Sequence record: NC_048182.1
Length of the DNA stretch: 64,000 bases
Direction: 5' to 3' (one strand)
Shown: one piece after another, positions 31,401 through 38,347 of the stretch
How positions within the stretch are numbered: position 1 is the first letter of the stretch
How the letters are laid out: each line of letters begins with the position of its first letter
Translations under genes and position numbers: made by a program
The notes under the pieces: model-generated
The model's input: the letters and a program-made list of their open reading frames with translations, nothing else
What the model was told of the DNA's origin: nothing
The model's database searches: none

Positions 31401-31859
31401 ACCGAAGGCTGACATTGGACCGTCAACAGTGGTAGCTGCATCTTGGGTCAGGAGAACACCGTAGGTATTCTTGTATTCCAACCACAGGAGAACGGCAGGT
31501 TCTTCATTAGTCTTACTGAAAGCTTTTAACGCATCAGTATCCACAATGTTGACAAACGGAATACCGAAGTCATCAAGGATATCCTGCATAGAAACTTTCT
31601 GGAACTCGATGTCGACACGAGCAAAGCCAGTCTTACGAGATACAATACAGACACGCTGAATACCATCAGCAAACGTCTTAACGTCTTCAATAACGAGATC
31701 ACCCGCAACCAAAGAGTCATAACGTTCTTTTGCTAAAGCAAGTTCAGCCGGATCACCGTCAATCTCTAACTGCGCAATGCGCTGAGTCAACCATTGACGA
31801 ACAGGGGTATACATCGGGTCATTAATGACCTTCTTGTTTACCTTAATCATTTCAGCCAT
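16500..31859 (-). CDS. Giant Ig-like repeat protein, putative virion fibre, with distinct N-terminal ~200-aa domain (5119 aa)
   Basis: AGGAG SD; about 12 copies of the same module as the 3124-aa protein; N-terminal domain paralogous to 43854-44465 and 56685-57530. Confidence 0.8.
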   Translation of the reverse strand: MAEMIKVNKKVINDPMYTPVRQWLTQRIAQLEIDGDPAELALAKERYDSLVAGDLVIEDVKTFADGIQRVCIVSRKTGFARVDIEFQKVSMQDILDDFGIPFVNIVDTDALKAFSKTNEEPAVLLWLEYKNTYGVLLTQDAATTVDGPMSAFGDLFFGQYKTERESLDWIDYDTIESGTVTITDPSIGVGIYPLFIQELVLVEANLPVITSNLPEFITTSRGDNFSIPNTYWFGGTLDITQTATVEITTAAGYTIPTRSDDKLSITGETIFGSSDNPVTDQIIVRVTHMYNGRPVRRTFRIQVRIDKDTAFDLTFEVRPATIKAARGDDVQVTVYGFFKGQPITIPSPPSTFASPKKYGDLTYVETLSDGGMIYAGKITGVPPLGLETDKDLYIATFNYVDGSTPYQAPAYINFELVRADSKPVFGIKGLTTTLRGYIDDQKQMEVKAFYGDTPVPAYNLGILPGPRGDLHQLIRVDSATADAVNYTVIRDSQKPGEDIEDSFEQKFTYLSDDGVKHTLFRTINIIISKVSVVQVIPFNDPRDVIRYQKGGPLFKVMVNGEDKTSQAIGLNMTWAAADDQFVTWEGNEWLIKYSTDTVRVVPVKFTWKQPYDGANHDMSYEGTLRIKVWDPNTNPGGGDGETGGGGGGDQGGSGNNDDGAVNTEVVVFPMYWGIDGDSDERGTVSFRVYSDGKEITKTAVLDSARTVMPPQLRNEGIRYDNATGMLVWTYYKLDEVEGGVAKLFYTDPKDGAQANLPANRRGRMYITANIKQSRVLRVTEQDTSEPVWLDETGRATLKLSFAGEPISLLDLNRAIISPNNPGTKQVTEVAVGEDYIDFTYTTLQGPNSAHNAPMEYEFSYTDPVTGELQKLRVVLNMTIRIQQLVITQFDDGVINTRMWETGSLNFKAMIGKRDITTLMNYNGGGLPVNRYVSFGGRSWTIIGADTQPHSEFINVRMFYTINVDYTQLTAYVPKTFNIDGWDGITFRHTLTPTDIVGNSGDEGEISGTFTYKYDNVTNGIRLDRTRSVIPDNIDIDEPIWDPVSEKAIIKYRLKRGYKYPMTLVFMHPTQSDTVTVPMTVDVKWAPGLNLESKQSTLSGYHTDVLDFVLKYNYSGVPVSNNNLAITYTAAPTGSTSLVEKQADKLRISLDQGGLQGTTYNCQFTVHAEYTDPDTQAVSSNELIVPTEIKVPTVAVGSNPVTQVKVYDRGQFRVKLVDSRGKEIPITLYTPNGTNNFVAFVAPNSYYVVKGDETQAVVTKLPLTLSYEIGGNAYTIDTEITFNITQFDGIDFVGTPVQSKLEGKAGDQAVAEFVFKYKGDVIHGVTLDPASIIPANLLIGQLTNSQLPYTLKGQGQDTAQFRFNRVGGSQTPVEGKDFVIVTLPVISTSSDEAFTLVSNDDEIELDWMTTGTLPIKVKYGDYELAGNAPGLSYKVTAAGDQGVVITSRDGNGVVLRADLASIPGTKKSYLDEIEVSYDVGAATPKTLKVQFNTRITTPIPTLTNNDKLTLSIYDRATFRQSLNFNQSGTGGVIAPTTRESIVPQTVPNQYVEMYTAFSFEVVGAPPTTSDVTVPLELTYTLKGVAEPQTFRFDTTLNIVGHVQPRFYCQFTPTVSEGVLGETRDVRFRPLYKDLPASTAVFRQDLSTIPAQVSITEVKKDPNNTEWTIVTLSGDAEGVGQCKFIWQYQEGAGEVSPELLSWEGDIQVRIMGEPGIEIGNRDNLIEGKHNDTGTYKLEILFGGLPLDTNAEIGKGLLTINVKSYNATDRNAQVMTITGTGADTFNYKLAGPLWVGNRAETKEILQLAYKYGGQTYTREVEVPLGYTSSAMVASGKDVYPILLADMFVDKDLSALSFMCDGLDLASTWTATGTVTQNGVKSKYIVYTGKKYRAEYAEQVATNTVVTTTFSSTYRGYPWTVDHDITYQLPAWDQKTYKVVINSEPTTLSVFVGETLDVLISEKFRAGGFGAPGDFLNTEQSDLSGVATLEYTSRTTSFGGYYWRYFTLKGMLPGTYNASLWFDRFINLDTFPYKDPKELYYDYYTRPIIFDVKVRPLTLSAPAAISAGNDDVKPSGTVTVKLNTLNIPVNDPNLVITALDPDVLTIETKTATSLTYRCKLPLNTAINSKFTANFKYAYTDPGTGLTHEGTQAVPVTYVNPADYPVVTGLVGGGPGNPLVLWKKFGQLFKITSGSNDITSQMTEFKNDPNRGIEFCQILDPFATTNVNWVQCIRGADVIGGLYSRQYWIFKAPFRGGTVDLSHTIEWYMYGVPANPAHLTGTYKPNPVFLKAGETGSIQFNLTYRGEKTVVPVMNDSVSDLKGVISVNSFDIDNATSTITVNYTALKEETNTLVFCWDLPGFDTYTDNINRLKMNVSVIPNVRIVLPDTPPNWDIYGNYPAPFTLMSGTTNLMDGLTASSTLPDVWVRNKTLTSTTGPVYQVIDAAKVDTLKTMKFIVTFTKGAFAGQTLEVMAPVNFKAWDQQQFKATVPLDTFPVADDGLPIISIGRGLKVNLTMSSQTRNADNPTWGNPGGQITTYSRLDLGLIASYNIVSATNNSAGGTQFTASINGLTNGYVKGKLAVDFAGNNTSLPNGYPPGTEGKNRQTFDVYYEVFEPELTWVGEVEPDEITIDASTLGNQIGYVERQLKFGRTPISYVNTTITLSDNTVVSTPLNNSPAKEVTRFPLRNLYINKYQDLHYQASITFSVIIGSVTYTKTYMQKVNLRGAGAAVPVLTLDNPHAVSAKVWERGPLPFDVAVNGSTTLPSGWSVKSVSIVDNSNVKMANAPAALTTWVVIAGDPTKPITSDVTFAVVVGDVGYRVTKNVTVRFNIAQYSGQELYANVRDGNFTSLTWWPERVVGVLSGGNSGIYFDVFYRGEPIPASTYSLAGPNGGSPYWTVRTVTTNQPAQIYMVIDGTAAAATQPNPITYQFRVYRTAAGPTGGVAGVDYVLLDVPMLGYGNKVLVISQDEGITGKFGDTIPFNCRVRIGLAEKAWGVSSNDLVRVYSLAPDTEVAVASYFPTGDGINFTFKKDITQEYVETNVIVTARSIDTPVAANAFNMKVKQLTTVVKPTIENVLSPNVVVSQKGKVPFTVMHDGVDLTSTITDIVVTGGKYVQQTAFNTGDANVWEVIKSEVAGVTAPVKFAFKVIAKGIQFSLEQSANFVIAPFNDAVLDIHPAAASATVGVGKPGSMKFTGSWGSNNLADNVELDLANSQLGTLITVDGTTPNSDGSITVNYTGGSSLASGNVVLRFKVKNGNATPVEGYDWKDVTLGIEVMLIVLETVSPFETVGTGTQYAPALLQQQVSYNGVVLENDDPNLKISMSSGTKVGISTVYPESISYRFLETITAETTHRPSVIFEYKGVAKITVPLTLTQQTVEGNPTVADVTDAEVEDGKTYKLPFKVLSGLDGRDISDTAVLTGLMLNSNTSYFKLNSDDTYTVIYKDTTVDVTGTARFTITVQDAGFETEMVVEVPMTILKFSGNTLKVATVTPVAPTSVIGGNSLTVKVRMERLGLLVPNTDFEHDPDHSSIPAPNTVTSVTNDPDGFSKVFVIKTTVASANTNLVVSCKYSPTSGDTPVLNKTYAYSYVRLLVGTANTLTIMARSNTDVNLGGAVGDVYYVNFDAFYNEVAVPITSSDFTAIALRDGDTSPGAAAKLEIVERVASGVVVRFKSTAWVNFYFDFTYKGVKYSTYHSLSTYSATASTTAASEYKVPQANVAGEFLFTVAQPEYDWVTQGSTPTPFKGPNWTLDNAAVLYGQLVIRDKSSGLVTSTIPLAGLKRDSVGRYHVPVELSHKPGTIEINTPITLDTVELTTGATYGAPIHRSRLPVSFVTQNLPGAPVLSTIDNNEVNTSTEKTTSVDFRLTQARKSGLYRFISTFVYTSIEGPATYVANGIKDPVTHTQFISLKGTGTTGDVLVKGTITDEDGVVYPVTLKLKAADPSQVEFILVDDVVDAFEQETVNLGASATYQGANLPLNHAAVTITANPAEWVEIVSVSADEIVVKVIKDATADETFTADIILTAYGETHKQELTVNLKTAVPPLEFSGIGTIIGGNLDTGSAGLVITHNGNNVAVNDSKLTFTVASDFTITEFKVSSFLYEITTPLGEKGPKTVNVKVEYEVSPGIVAKGEFDQPMTITDPSDYPRITANPTFGLREYLYGITPNTLTIMSGTTDISTLCEVTNVTANDWILEIPEEHKAVGKWFWVVNGPVSGQAATKTLIYALKIPFRDTFIDMPVQQMFYWAGPGFPTYRDTWVVNYSPTPVAYAPGETGHIEFDLEWAGLGVTEVTINSPTITGLSFSEAVVQDGKLVIEYTHTSSSPQFVGDAVFQLTKQNVGNVTPYITKAASVTFKAKNNLVLTFTGGKAFTGGFGDAAIGVPYTCTNNGTTFNVTQTGVTITTVPAGVIEYVNSASGKMNFKFVKKVDEDTLDNVQVFVNFESDKSNGEELSITSSPRFVLEPLPVLGIDYKYHTNQYISIAMTAWYGTQRVRPTSPDIKFTRSSSIFDAVGDNILIAITHGKGSINSPITITYVPTGTVKTSSLTTTLSDNTSTSATALSTTQAVANEAKQLQFQVRIAATIVNIDNFSDLKLTSVPANGNSILTQSPMQYVTPSDRKLIGADVTTGWTGTGLNITGFIASGDANYKGWWKVNNTFNNIAQAPVTGTTEKQEYNPELTPITVKFKLEQMQGSSKVSFPTGAFGEIVTGGEIASAGPISASGDANFPYSIDIVPTGNVGAGTLTGIIRINGIDQNYTVNVVLQTPQLKLTSTVGGSSAAPVDISLLSPAKLPLTLMYGDQLLANNDPNVKWTITFGTISLALRRQFVDQTNFWVAGINQALGVVGSNNITAELIDQPGKKSTLQVFVKFVAPPQADWTSAFWTTSLPAKNADTKWIGTIGNQAGEGYGLGDSYEHYVEVITPTGSQKPVLNVPSNQAPNDPSGNRKRYVAMTTGWTGGTVTLQGVIRVDNNWYNINATQITIPQESLTVKNITNEVGNDPVEVFFDLTQVRGTNGGPIVDIANIEGVGFKTITFNSAIVESVANVKQYPGDNFSMVVTRKAGDLTNGTVPISMVVTVEGVDYLTVVNTTFTVPTPLASNDGFETTGRGNQDNPVTLNQSVYLPN

Positions 31860-31941
31860 TTCAGGCTCCTTTATATAAATGAATTTTATCTATGTCGTCT
31901 AACAAACTGCATGGAACAAAGAATCAGATTTCCAGTGAAAA

Positions 31942-31978
31942 CATAAGAGAATCCCCCAACCCGTGAGGGCTGGAGGAT
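31942..31978 (-). terminator. Hairpin downstream of the 1488-aa gene
   Basis: Minus strand ATCCTCCAGCCC-TCAC-GGGTTGGGGGAT then TCTCTTATGTTTT. Confidence 0.65.
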
Positions 31979-31985
31979 TATCTAA

Positions 31986-34900
31986 TTAAAGTACTACGTT
32001 AAAGCTAACAGGGATATTTTCTTTACCCGTAGTCAGGACACCATTAGCTTTGAATACACGTTGTCCCGTAATGCGCTGGGATGGTGCAAACTCTGCATAA
32101 TAGATACCGGTCTCAGGGTTGTACTGCTCTTTGGTAGGACGAGGAGTGTTGAGGTTAGAGACATTGGTCCACTCATCTTTGGTTCCCAGGTTTACTTTAG
32201 CAGGATGTTGACCATCCACACCATAGATAATCCAAGATGCCGTAACACGGTTCGTCTCTTTATTGAAGCCACAAGAAACGATGTGAGTGATACCTTCTGG
32301 ATAAATCATGCCAGAATCAATTTCAGCCTGATACTGCTCTCCATCCAAAGCAACGACCAGTTTACCGCGAATCGCTAAAGCAGCGAACTTAGGTTTAGTT
32401 GTCGGAACAAATACGGAGATAATACCGCTTTGATAGTCGTAAGAAAGGTCTGCATTTTCGATATTGAAAGAGAGCCCTTTGAGGTTCTCAACCAAATCAA
32501 CTTGTACAGGTTTCTTACCCTGTTTACGGGCCGTTAAACTAAAGAGGATACCATTAGCTACCCATTGATGAGCCAGCTGTGTGATGCCTTCTGGGCCGTT
32601 AGAATCGACAAGTGTTAAGCGAGTCATTACGTTATCACGGTTACCGGAAATTGACACACTAGACAATTCATCAGTGATATAAAGGATACCACTTACTGAG
32701 GAAGCGTATGTTGGGTAGATGTTTCCAGCGATAGTAACATGAGCCAAACCTTTTACTTTATCGTATTCGATAGAGACATTAGGCGCGGAACATGAAAGAT
32801 CGGGAGCAGTCGGTGGATAGAGATAATCAGCATACCCAAGTCGAACTGTAAACTGAGAACGTCCAGGCTGACTATCAACACCGATCAACTCAGTGGTCAA
32901 CTGACGTGCTTCATTGTTGTCACGAGTAACAACATGAATGTTTACAGGAATCTGACCCGACTTACCTTTACCATCCACAACGCCCAACATGGAAATACCA
33001 GAGTAAAGGACGTCACCAATCGGACGAGCATTTCCCTTAACACGGAATTCCAGAATACCTGTTGCTTTATCGTATTCTACACCATGCGGCGTTACACCAC
33101 CTTCAATACCTTCAGCATACTGGAACCCAGACAAGAAGTTTACAAATGCCGGACGTGTAACGGTTGGATACCCATAACCCACACCAGCACGGAAAACAAC
33201 TTCCCCTTTATTAGGGATATGACGGATACTAATGATTTCACACGTGTTGTCTTGGCCAGAGAACCCTGTGATAGTCCCGTTGTAGTTGTTAGCCACGTTT
33301 GGTGAAGTGATAAGCACTTTCAGTTCAGCGTTCGGATAGCGTACCGATGAACGGTCATGAATTTTCACCAGGTAGAAACCTTTACCGGTTGCTGGATCTA
33401 ACTCATAAACTACTTCTTCATTTGTAAGGAACTGTCCGTCTTTAGCCACAACCTTAATGCTGGTTTCTTGTGGGATACCGAAACCAGCTGTACCAAATGC
33501 TTCGATGGTAAAGTTAATCTTCATCACACCTTGCTTGTAATCAACAGTTGAACCACCCTGGGTCAGGATGAAATTGTTGTACATTGGCTTAATGGCTTTA
33601 ATCGACATGTGAGCTTTATACTGCTCTTGGACGTCACCCAAATCAATCGCACCTTCTACGGCATAAGTACGTCCAACAAACTCGTTAGACTTGACAGGAT
33701 AATCAATAAAGATCAAACCAGTCGTGATGTCACAGGTGACAGTTGGTGGGTAGTTTGTTACGTCATTAGAAACAGATTTAACTACATGACCTAAACGACC
33801 AACATCGACCCCTGGTGCTTTACCATAGAAGCGTACAAACCCTTCTTTATGATAAGCTGCATCAATGATGGTAAACTTATTCACACTCTTTTCTGTGGTG
33901 ATGACTGTTTCAGCATGACCACGAGCGTTAGGACCAGTGATATCCAAACGGAAATCAGCAACGAAATCGATGTTGATTTTAGCAGGACTAATTCCGACAG
34001 TAACCACTAAACGATCAGCTGTGAAGTTGTGAGAGATAATCCCACTTGGCACAGAGTCGTTATGGTGAATCATTCCAGAAATACGAAGGTCGTGATATGT
34101 AACATCTTCCGGGATGTTTAATTCATAGAAGACAGTCGCAGTCATGGAATCCGTATCGACAATCACACCGTCTTGGGTAACCCCAATGATGCGAACTGCA
34201 CGATCAGATTTCTTATGGTTAAAGACGGAGTCCAACCAGTAAACGTTTGCGTCCGGAATTGGGAATTGGAATTTAGCCTTGACTGAGTAAACAGAGTCAA
34301 CGTTACCTTCCAGGGATTTAAACCCTTGGGTAAGAATACCGTTCTGAGAGTTGTAACGCGGAGCGCCAACAGGACCACCCAGATTCTCGGAAATCGCCCA
34401 GGAGCTTTTATTCACCACGATGTTCGCAGGAACAAGTCCCATCCCGTCACGGAAGATCCAGCTCAGCTCAACAATACCATCGTTATAATGAGAGCTTACC
34501 GGTTCCGCTTTACCAGGTTTGCTGTAGATACCACCAGGGACGGTCAAATCAACTTGGTACTCTGACGTTTTGCTCTTGAGCACAACATGGCCAGAATACG
34601 GGAAGTGATCAATGTCGTCTGGAGCTGTACCAGTAATGACAATAACTTGCTCGGAATGGATATACCGGACTACTGTGTTTCGCAACCCTTCGATCGTGTC
34701 GTTACTGACAAAGAAATCCTGACCAAAATCTGGAGTGATATTGACCAAACTATAAGTCAGTGCAACCTGACGACCTTCATCCATGTTAGAGGTTCCGTTC
34801 AGAACCAGTTCCGGCTTACCAGAACGTTGAGTCGGAGAATACTCTACATATACCGGGATGGAGCTTAATCCATTTGGGGTATCGACATCAATCACGACAG

Positions 34901-36452
34901 ATAAAGAATACACTTTACCAACCATGTTTGCCAAGCTAGTGCCAGCAATCTGGAAACTGATAGTTCCGTTATCATTATAAACATGGCGGTTAACCAAGTT
35001 AGTAACATCCAGATTTGAGAAATTCAGAACAGAAGAGATTTTGGCATTAAGAGGAGCTTCCCCATTAGCCATGCACACTGGGATAGTTATCCCAACATCA
35101 GTATCCCCACCTGCATACACGATCGGGTTAAATGTTGCACCTACTGAACGTGCTGGTCGATATACGTCTTCTTCAATAGCGATTGAAGAGTGGAATTCAC
35201 CTTCAATAATTTCATCGCTATAGTCATAAGCCATGATCTTCCCGCGAGTGGTCAAAAGACCCGTCACAGTGCTCACAGAACGCAACACAGTCAACACACC
35301 GGTTGTAGGGTTATAATCTACCGTGTTACGGGTAGAGAGGTCTGACGGCGCATCCAGGCGCAATCCATCGACATTGATCAAAGGAGTACGTTCATCATTA
35401 TTCAACGTAAACCGGAATACCGCTTTCTCCACACCGTTTGTATAACTGTGGGAGATATTCTCCACTTCAATTTTCGGCGAAGGAAGGAGATTGGCTTTGA
35501 CAAAGTCGGTGGTTTCAAATTCAAACGGCAACATGCGTTTGTAGTTTCCACCCAGAACAATTCCACCTGTTACGGTGTACTCAATCTTGTTACGGGTAGG
35601 AACAGTTCGTACCAGGCGGATTGAGACCTGGCGACCTATAACGACCGGCGCAGAGGCAACGACTTGGACAGCTTTACCATTTTCTTTCAATGTCATGGTC
35701 GGAATAGAGAAAGGACCTTCACAGGCATCAGAAAGATTGAATACCAGCTCCAGTTCTTTGGCATTGAATTTAATCTCGCTTGACTCAATAGAGACAGCTT
35801 TAGATTGGAAAGCTACTGAGTAACCAGCGGTGTCCGTGCCGATGTTCAATAGACCAGAAGCAATAAAGATCTGCTCTGCAGAGTTGTTAATGTTCGCATT
35901 CCACTTCAGGAATACTTGGTTGCCCTTCTGAACAACTTCAGGTCCATTGGCTGTACGGTTCGTTAGACCAACCAGGATTTGCGGCTTAGCAGTTGCTACA
36001 AAGATTTCATTCCCATCACGAGAAGTAACCTCAAAGCCTGCAACTAATTTATCACCTTCAAACTCAACTCCGATAGATTTCATGGAATAAGCAGGGACGG
36101 GGATAACATCCCCGAGACGAACCTGTTGTTCCACACCATCCACAGTGAGATTAAAGTCAAAGGTGTATTCCATGCCTTTGGTCTTATCGACCAAGACAGG
36201 AATCTCAAAATGGTAAGTACCTGTTGATGGTTCGTAAATGCTTTTAGTTGGCATTACACGACCAGGTCTTACATTAGTACCTGATAAGAAAGGAGTAGCT
36301 ACGTTAATAGCTTTTGGTGTTCCTGTACCATTCTTATAGACAACTAATGCGTCGACAATCAGGGTTTCGCCATCAAGTACAAAATTGCGGGGTAGAACTG
36401 TTACCAGTTCTCTACTTGCTGGAGATGATGCAACGTCAGTAGTAGTGTTCAT
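31986..36452 (-). CDS. Large beta-rich repeat protein, probable virion structural protein (1488 aa)
   Basis: GGAG SD; recurrent Y-[DN]-x2-[ST]-G-x-[LI] motif (YEPSTGTY, YNPTTGVL, YNSQNGIL, YDKATGIL, YDYQSGII, YNPETGIY). Confidence 0.75.
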   Translation of the reverse strand: MNTTTDVASSPASRELVTVLPRNFVLDGETLIVDALVVYKNGTGTPKAINVATPFLSGTNVRPGRVMPTKSIYEPSTGTYHFEIPVLVDKTKGMEYTFDFNLTVDGVEQQVRLGDVIPVPAYSMKSIGVEFEGDKLVAGFEVTSRDGNEIFVATAKPQILVGLTNRTANGPEVVQKGNQVFLKWNANINNSAEQIFIASGLLNIGTDTAGYSVAFQSKAVSIESSEIKFNAKELELVFNLSDACEGPFSIPTMTLKENGKAVQVVASAPVVIGRQVSIRLVRTVPTRNKIEYTVTGGIVLGGNYKRMLPFEFETTDFVKANLLPSPKIEVENISHSYTNGVEKAVFRFTLNNDERTPLINVDGLRLDAPSDLSTRNTVDYNPTTGVLTVLRSVSTVTGLLTTRGKIMAYDYSDEIIEGEFHSSIAIEEDVYRPARSVGATFNPIVYAGGDTDVGITIPVCMANGEAPLNAKISSVLNFSNLDVTNLVNRHVYNDNGTISFQIAGTSLANMVGKVYSLSVVIDVDTPNGLSSIPVYVEYSPTQRSGKPELVLNGTSNMDEGRQVALTYSLVNITPDFGQDFFVSNDTIEGLRNTVVRYIHSEQVIVITGTAPDDIDHFPYSGHVVLKSKTSEYQVDLTVPGGIYSKPGKAEPVSSHYNDGIVELSWIFRDGMGLVPANIVVNKSSWAISENLGGPVGAPRYNSQNGILTQGFKSLEGNVDSVYSVKAKFQFPIPDANVYWLDSVFNHKKSDRAVRIIGVTQDGVIVDTDSMTATVFYELNIPEDVTYHDLRISGMIHHNDSVPSGIISHNFTADRLVVTVGISPAKINIDFVADFRLDITGPNARGHAETVITTEKSVNKFTIIDAAYHKEGFVRFYGKAPGVDVGRLGHVVKSVSNDVTNYPPTVTCDITTGLIFIDYPVKSNEFVGRTYAVEGAIDLGDVQEQYKAHMSIKAIKPMYNNFILTQGGSTVDYKQGVMKINFTIEAFGTAGFGIPQETSIKVVAKDGQFLTNEEVVYELDPATGKGFYLVKIHDRSSVRYPNAELKVLITSPNVANNYNGTITGFSGQDNTCEIISIRHIPNKGEVVFRAGVGYGYPTVTRPAFVNFLSGFQYAEGIEGGVTPHGVEYDKATGILEFRVKGNARPIGDVLYSGISMLGVVDGKGKSGQIPVNIHVVTRDNNEARQLTTELIGVDSQPGRSQFTVRLGYADYLYPPTAPDLSCSAPNVSIEYDKVKGLAHVTIAGNIYPTYASSVSGILYITDELSSVSISGNRDNVMTRLTLVDSNGPEGITQLAHQWVANGILFSLTARKQGKKPVQVDLVENLKGLSFNIENADLSYDYQSGIISVFVPTTKPKFAALAIRGKLVVALDGEQYQAEIDSGMIYPEGITHIVSCGFNKETNRVTASWIIYGVDGQHPAKVNLGTKDEWTNVSNLNTPRPTKEQYNPETGIYYAEFAPSQRITGQRVFKANGVLTTGKENIPVSFNVVL

Positions 36453-36527
36453 TAAAAAGCTCCAATAAAGGATATGGTATTGTCCGCAATGGACATAATA
36501 TCAGAGTCTGAGTAAATAAATATAGAC

Positions 36528-36566
36528 CATAGAATCCCTCCTATTCCAATTAAGGAATAGGAGAGA
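36528..36566 (-). terminator. Hairpin downstream of nrdB
   Basis: 13-bp stem TCCCTCCTATTCC/GGAATAGGAGAGA just after the nrdB stop. Confidence 0.7.
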
Positions 36567-36574
36567 AACAAGGA

Positions 36575-37705
36575 TTACAGTTGGAAATCACCGAACTCTT
36601 CGGTGTTTACTTCGGAGTCAATTTGACCCACCAAGTAGGAAGATACTTCTACTTCTTGAGGAGCTACCTGAACGTTATCAGACACTAACCAGGTGTTAAT
36701 CCATGGGATTGGGTTAGTTGCCGTTTTGAACGGAAGATCCAGACCGATTGCTTGCATACGGATATTAGCAATGTACTCAACATACTGACACAGGATCTCT
36801 TTGTTCAGGCCGATCATAGAACCGCCTTCAAACAAGTATTCCGCCCAGTCTTTCTCTTGCTCAACTACATCCATGAACAGTTGCATGCTTTCTGCTTTAC
36901 ACTCTTCAGCAATCTCTGCCATTTCTGGGTCATCACGGCCGGTAGCCATCAGGTTCAGCATGTGCTGAGTACCGGTCAGGTGCAGAGCCTCATCACGAGC
37001 GATCATCTTAATGATCTTAGCATTCCCTTCCATCAGCTTACGTTCTGCGAATGCAAACGAGCAAGCGAAAGATACATAGAAACGAATAGCTTCTAACGCG
37101 TTAACGGACTGCAGACATAACCACAATGCTTTCTTAATTTCACGCAGACTGACAACAACCTTAACACCATTGACAGTATGGACACCTTCACCCAGCTGAT
37201 GCCATTTCTGCACCAGGTCAATCAGTTTGTCATAGTACTTAGATACCGACCCAGCACGACGGATGATGTGCTCGTTCTCAACCACGTCATCAAAGACGAT
37301 AGAAGGATCGTTCACAATGTTCCTGATGATGTGAGTATAGGAACGGGAGTGAATGGTTTCAGAGAACGCCCAGGTTTCAATCCAGGTTTCCATTTCTGGA
37401 ATGGATGCAATTGGTAAGAATGCGACGTTAGGACCACGACCCTGAATGGAATCCAGCAGTGTCTGGTATTTCAGGTTACTGATGAACAGATGTTTCTCAT
37501 GGTCTGGAAGACTCATGTAGTCAATACGGTCACGTGATACATCTACTTCTTCAGGACGCCAGAAGAAGGACAGTTGTTTCTCAATCAGTTTCTCAAAGAT
37601 TTCGAACTTCTGTTGGTCGTAACGAGATACGTTAACGTTCTGACCTAAGAACATGTGTTCTTGAAGTTGATCATTTTTATTCTGATTGAAAGTTGAGTAT
37701 GCCAT
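36575..37705 (-). CDS. nrdB: Ribonucleoside-diphosphate reductase class Ia beta subunit (376 aa from ATG 37705)
   Basis: MAYSTFNQ..., [48 protein letters not shown]; follows the enterobacterial NrdB sequence closely. Confidence 0.98.
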   Translation of the reverse strand: MAYSTFNQNKNDQLQEHMFLGQNVNVSRYDQQKFEIFEKLIEKQLSFFWRPEEVDVSRDRIDYMSLPDHEKHLFISNLKYQTLLDSIQGRGPNVAFLPIASIPEMETWIETWAFSETIHSRSYTHIIRNIVNDPSIVFDDVVENEHIIRRAGSVSKYYDKLIDLVQKWHQLGEGVHTVNGVKVVVSLREIKKALWLCLQSVNALEAIRFYVSFACSFAFAERKLMEGNAKIIKMIARDEALHLTGTQHMLNLMATGRDDPEMAEIAEECKAESMQLFMDVVEQEKDWAEYLFEGGSMIGLNKEILCQYVEYIANIRMQAIGLDLPFKTATNPIPWINTWLVSDNVQVAPQEVEVSSYLVGQIDSEVNTEEFGDFQL

Positions 37706-37916
37706 GTGTTCAAAATCCTGTTTCAAAGTAGTTAGAGTTTCTTAGCTAAAGATTGGAGGGTAAATAAAACAATACTTGAGATGTGTATTATTTAGAACTT
37801 AAACATGGTTACTCCGAAAGGAGGGACGGGGGAAGGGGGATTTGTTTATATACGGTTTACGTAGTAAACATCCTCTTTTTCTTTTCACCCGGTAAACTTG
37901 CATTTCTTTTCAAGCC

Positions 37917-37933
37917 TACATTATCAACGTGTA
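37917..37933 (+). promoter_or_regulatory. phiKZ-like early promoter motif
   Basis: TACATTAT-N4-GTGTA, same spacing as the copies at 49384, 52166 and 56175. Confidence 0.6.
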
Positions 37934-37960
37934 TAAACAATCACATTTAACGTAGAGGAA

Positions 37961-38347
37961 ATGAACATGTTTAAATCTATCTGGGAAACTATTTGTACTG
38001 CAATCCGTAATGTTGGCGACATCATGTTTGGTGCTTTAGAACGTCGCTACATTCGTAACTTTGCTAACTACTCTGTTGATGTTTACGACACTCTTGAAAA
38101 TGTTAGCGATAAAGACTTCTCTTGGGTCAAATGGTTCAAAGGTGAGTACATTACCAAAGTAAAAGGCGAAGTTACTTTTATGGGAACCATGATCAGTGGT
38201 GCCATTGGGTATATCGGCGGTTACATGCTGTTCTCATTTGCTTTAGCACCAGTACTGGGCCCAATATCCATCATTACTTCTATTATGGGTGCCTACATGG
38301 GCGCTGGTGTGTGTAATGGTGTTTACTTGCGTTTCCACGCAGAGTAA
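37961..38347 (+). CDS. Membrane protein with two C-terminal Gly-rich TM segments (128 aa)
   Basis: GAGGA SD; hydrophobic GxxxG stretches. Confidence 0.75.
   Translation: MNMFKSIWETICTAIRNVGDIMFGALERRYIRNFANYSVDVYDTLENVSDKDFSWVKWFKGEYITKVKGEVTFMGTMISGAIGYIGGYMLFSFALAPVLGPISIITSIMGAYMGAGVCNGVYLRFHAE

Noticed and set aside
7305-35823. Many 60-170-aa + strand ORFs inside the minus-strand giants
   Set aside because: Antisense shadows of long coding frames, with no consistent SDs or recognisable motifs
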